Source: a virus. From it: a stretch of DNA of 64,000 nt. Shown in pieces: positions 63,438-64,000 of this stretch. A model generated the notes under the pieces. It made no database searches, had not been told where the DNA came from, and worked only from the letters and a program-made list of their open reading frames with translations. Each line of letters begins with the position of its first letter. The stretch's first letter is position 1. The DNA lies in the IMG/VR virus record IMGVR_UViG_3300041964_000072, positions 32,001 through 96,000 of that record. The stretch is one strand, 5' to 3'. Made by a program: the position numbers and the translations under genes.

Positions 63438-64000
63438 ATGGTAGATGTTCCGTTTTATGAAAAGACCCTTCCTGTTTTACGGGGACAAATGGGGAAACAT
63501 GTTTGGTATGTAGCCTCCATAAAGCTGGATGACCTATCGAGACTATTTAATTTCGACACAGACATTGCAGCAGAAGACAGAGCGCAGCGGGAGCTGAAAC
63601 CTGCAAAGGTAAAAGGCATATCCGAGTATATCCAAGACAACATTGAAGAATATGTCTTCAGTGCGCTTGCCGCTTACACCACTCTTGATATAGAGTTTTC
63701 TCCTTTTGAGGAGGATTTTGGCAGGATTCACGTATCAACAGAAAGCGGGATGTTCTGGCTTGACGGTCAACACCGCTGGGCTGGGATCTGCAACGCAATA
63801 CTTAAGGCACAGGCTTTGAAAAAAGATAGTGTGCCTGTAATAATCTTTCCAAAAACAACGCTGATAAGTGCAAAGCAGATGTTTTCGGACATCAACGGCA
63901 ACGGATCTCGCCCTAACAAATCAGTTGTTGCAGGGTTCAATCTGCGAGATGAAAATGCAATAATCACGGAACAGCTCATCAAAGAAGTTCCGATATTCCG
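63438..64000 (+). CDS. DGQHR-domain protein, DndB-like (partial, runs off right edge)
   Basis: Hand translation after AAGGAG: MVDVPFYEKTLPVLRGQMG...EDRAQREL...EYIQDNIEEYVFSAL...WLDGQHRWAGI...KQMFSDINGNGSRPNKS. Confidence 0.85.
   Translation, partial: MVDVPFYEKTLPVLRGQMGKHVWYVASIKLDDLSRLFNFDTDIAAEDRAQRELKPAKVKGISEYIQDNIEEYVFSALAAYTTLDIEFSPFEEDFGRIHVSTESGMFWLDGQHRWAGICNAILKAQALKKDSVPVIIFPKTTLISAKQMFSDINGNGSRPNKSVVAGFNLRDENAIITEQLIKEVPIF

Noticed and set aside
41344-63982. Scattered minus-strand ORFs in the right arm (e.g. 44892, 52320, 55556, 62998, 63767)
   Set aside because: Each overlaps a + strand gene with a good RBS in an otherwise strictly co-oriented array

Overview
A 64 kb segment of a large temperate siphovirus-like phage (or prophage in excised arrangement) of a cyanobacterium. 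The host is inferred from HIP1 GCGATCGC octamers, a XisA/XisC-like tyrosine integrase and cyanobacteria-type hypothetical genes. Bases 1-33 kb hold a minus-strand morphogenesis module: tape measure (runs off the left edge), tail chaperone with a -1 slippery site, tail tube, Mu-like neck genes, major capsid, decoration, acidic scaffold, prohead protease, MuF-like protein, terminase large subunit, a repeat fibre protein and an M15 endolysin. I found no portal and no sheath gene. Bases 33-40 kb hold a degenerate tRNA(CAT), the integrase with an attP-like repeat region, a methyltransferase-like gene and a probable terminase small subunit. Bases 40.5-64 kb hold about 50 short co-oriented hypothetical genes, punctuated by many intrinsic terminators and ending in a DndB-like DGQHR gene. 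Two candidates for undescribed biology stand out. First, about 14 highly basic, glycine-zipper proteins scattered through the structural operon share a short leader ending in (S/A)-(E/D/S/T/A)-F. This motif also recurs in the scaffold, protease and MuF, which suggests protease-matured head cargo; a HipA/PI3K-like kinase sits in the same module. Second, a roughly 570 nt densely base-paired non-coding RNA or leader with a boxA-like element lies at the head of the terminator-rich early arm. All family assignments come from motif recognition by eye; no searches were run.
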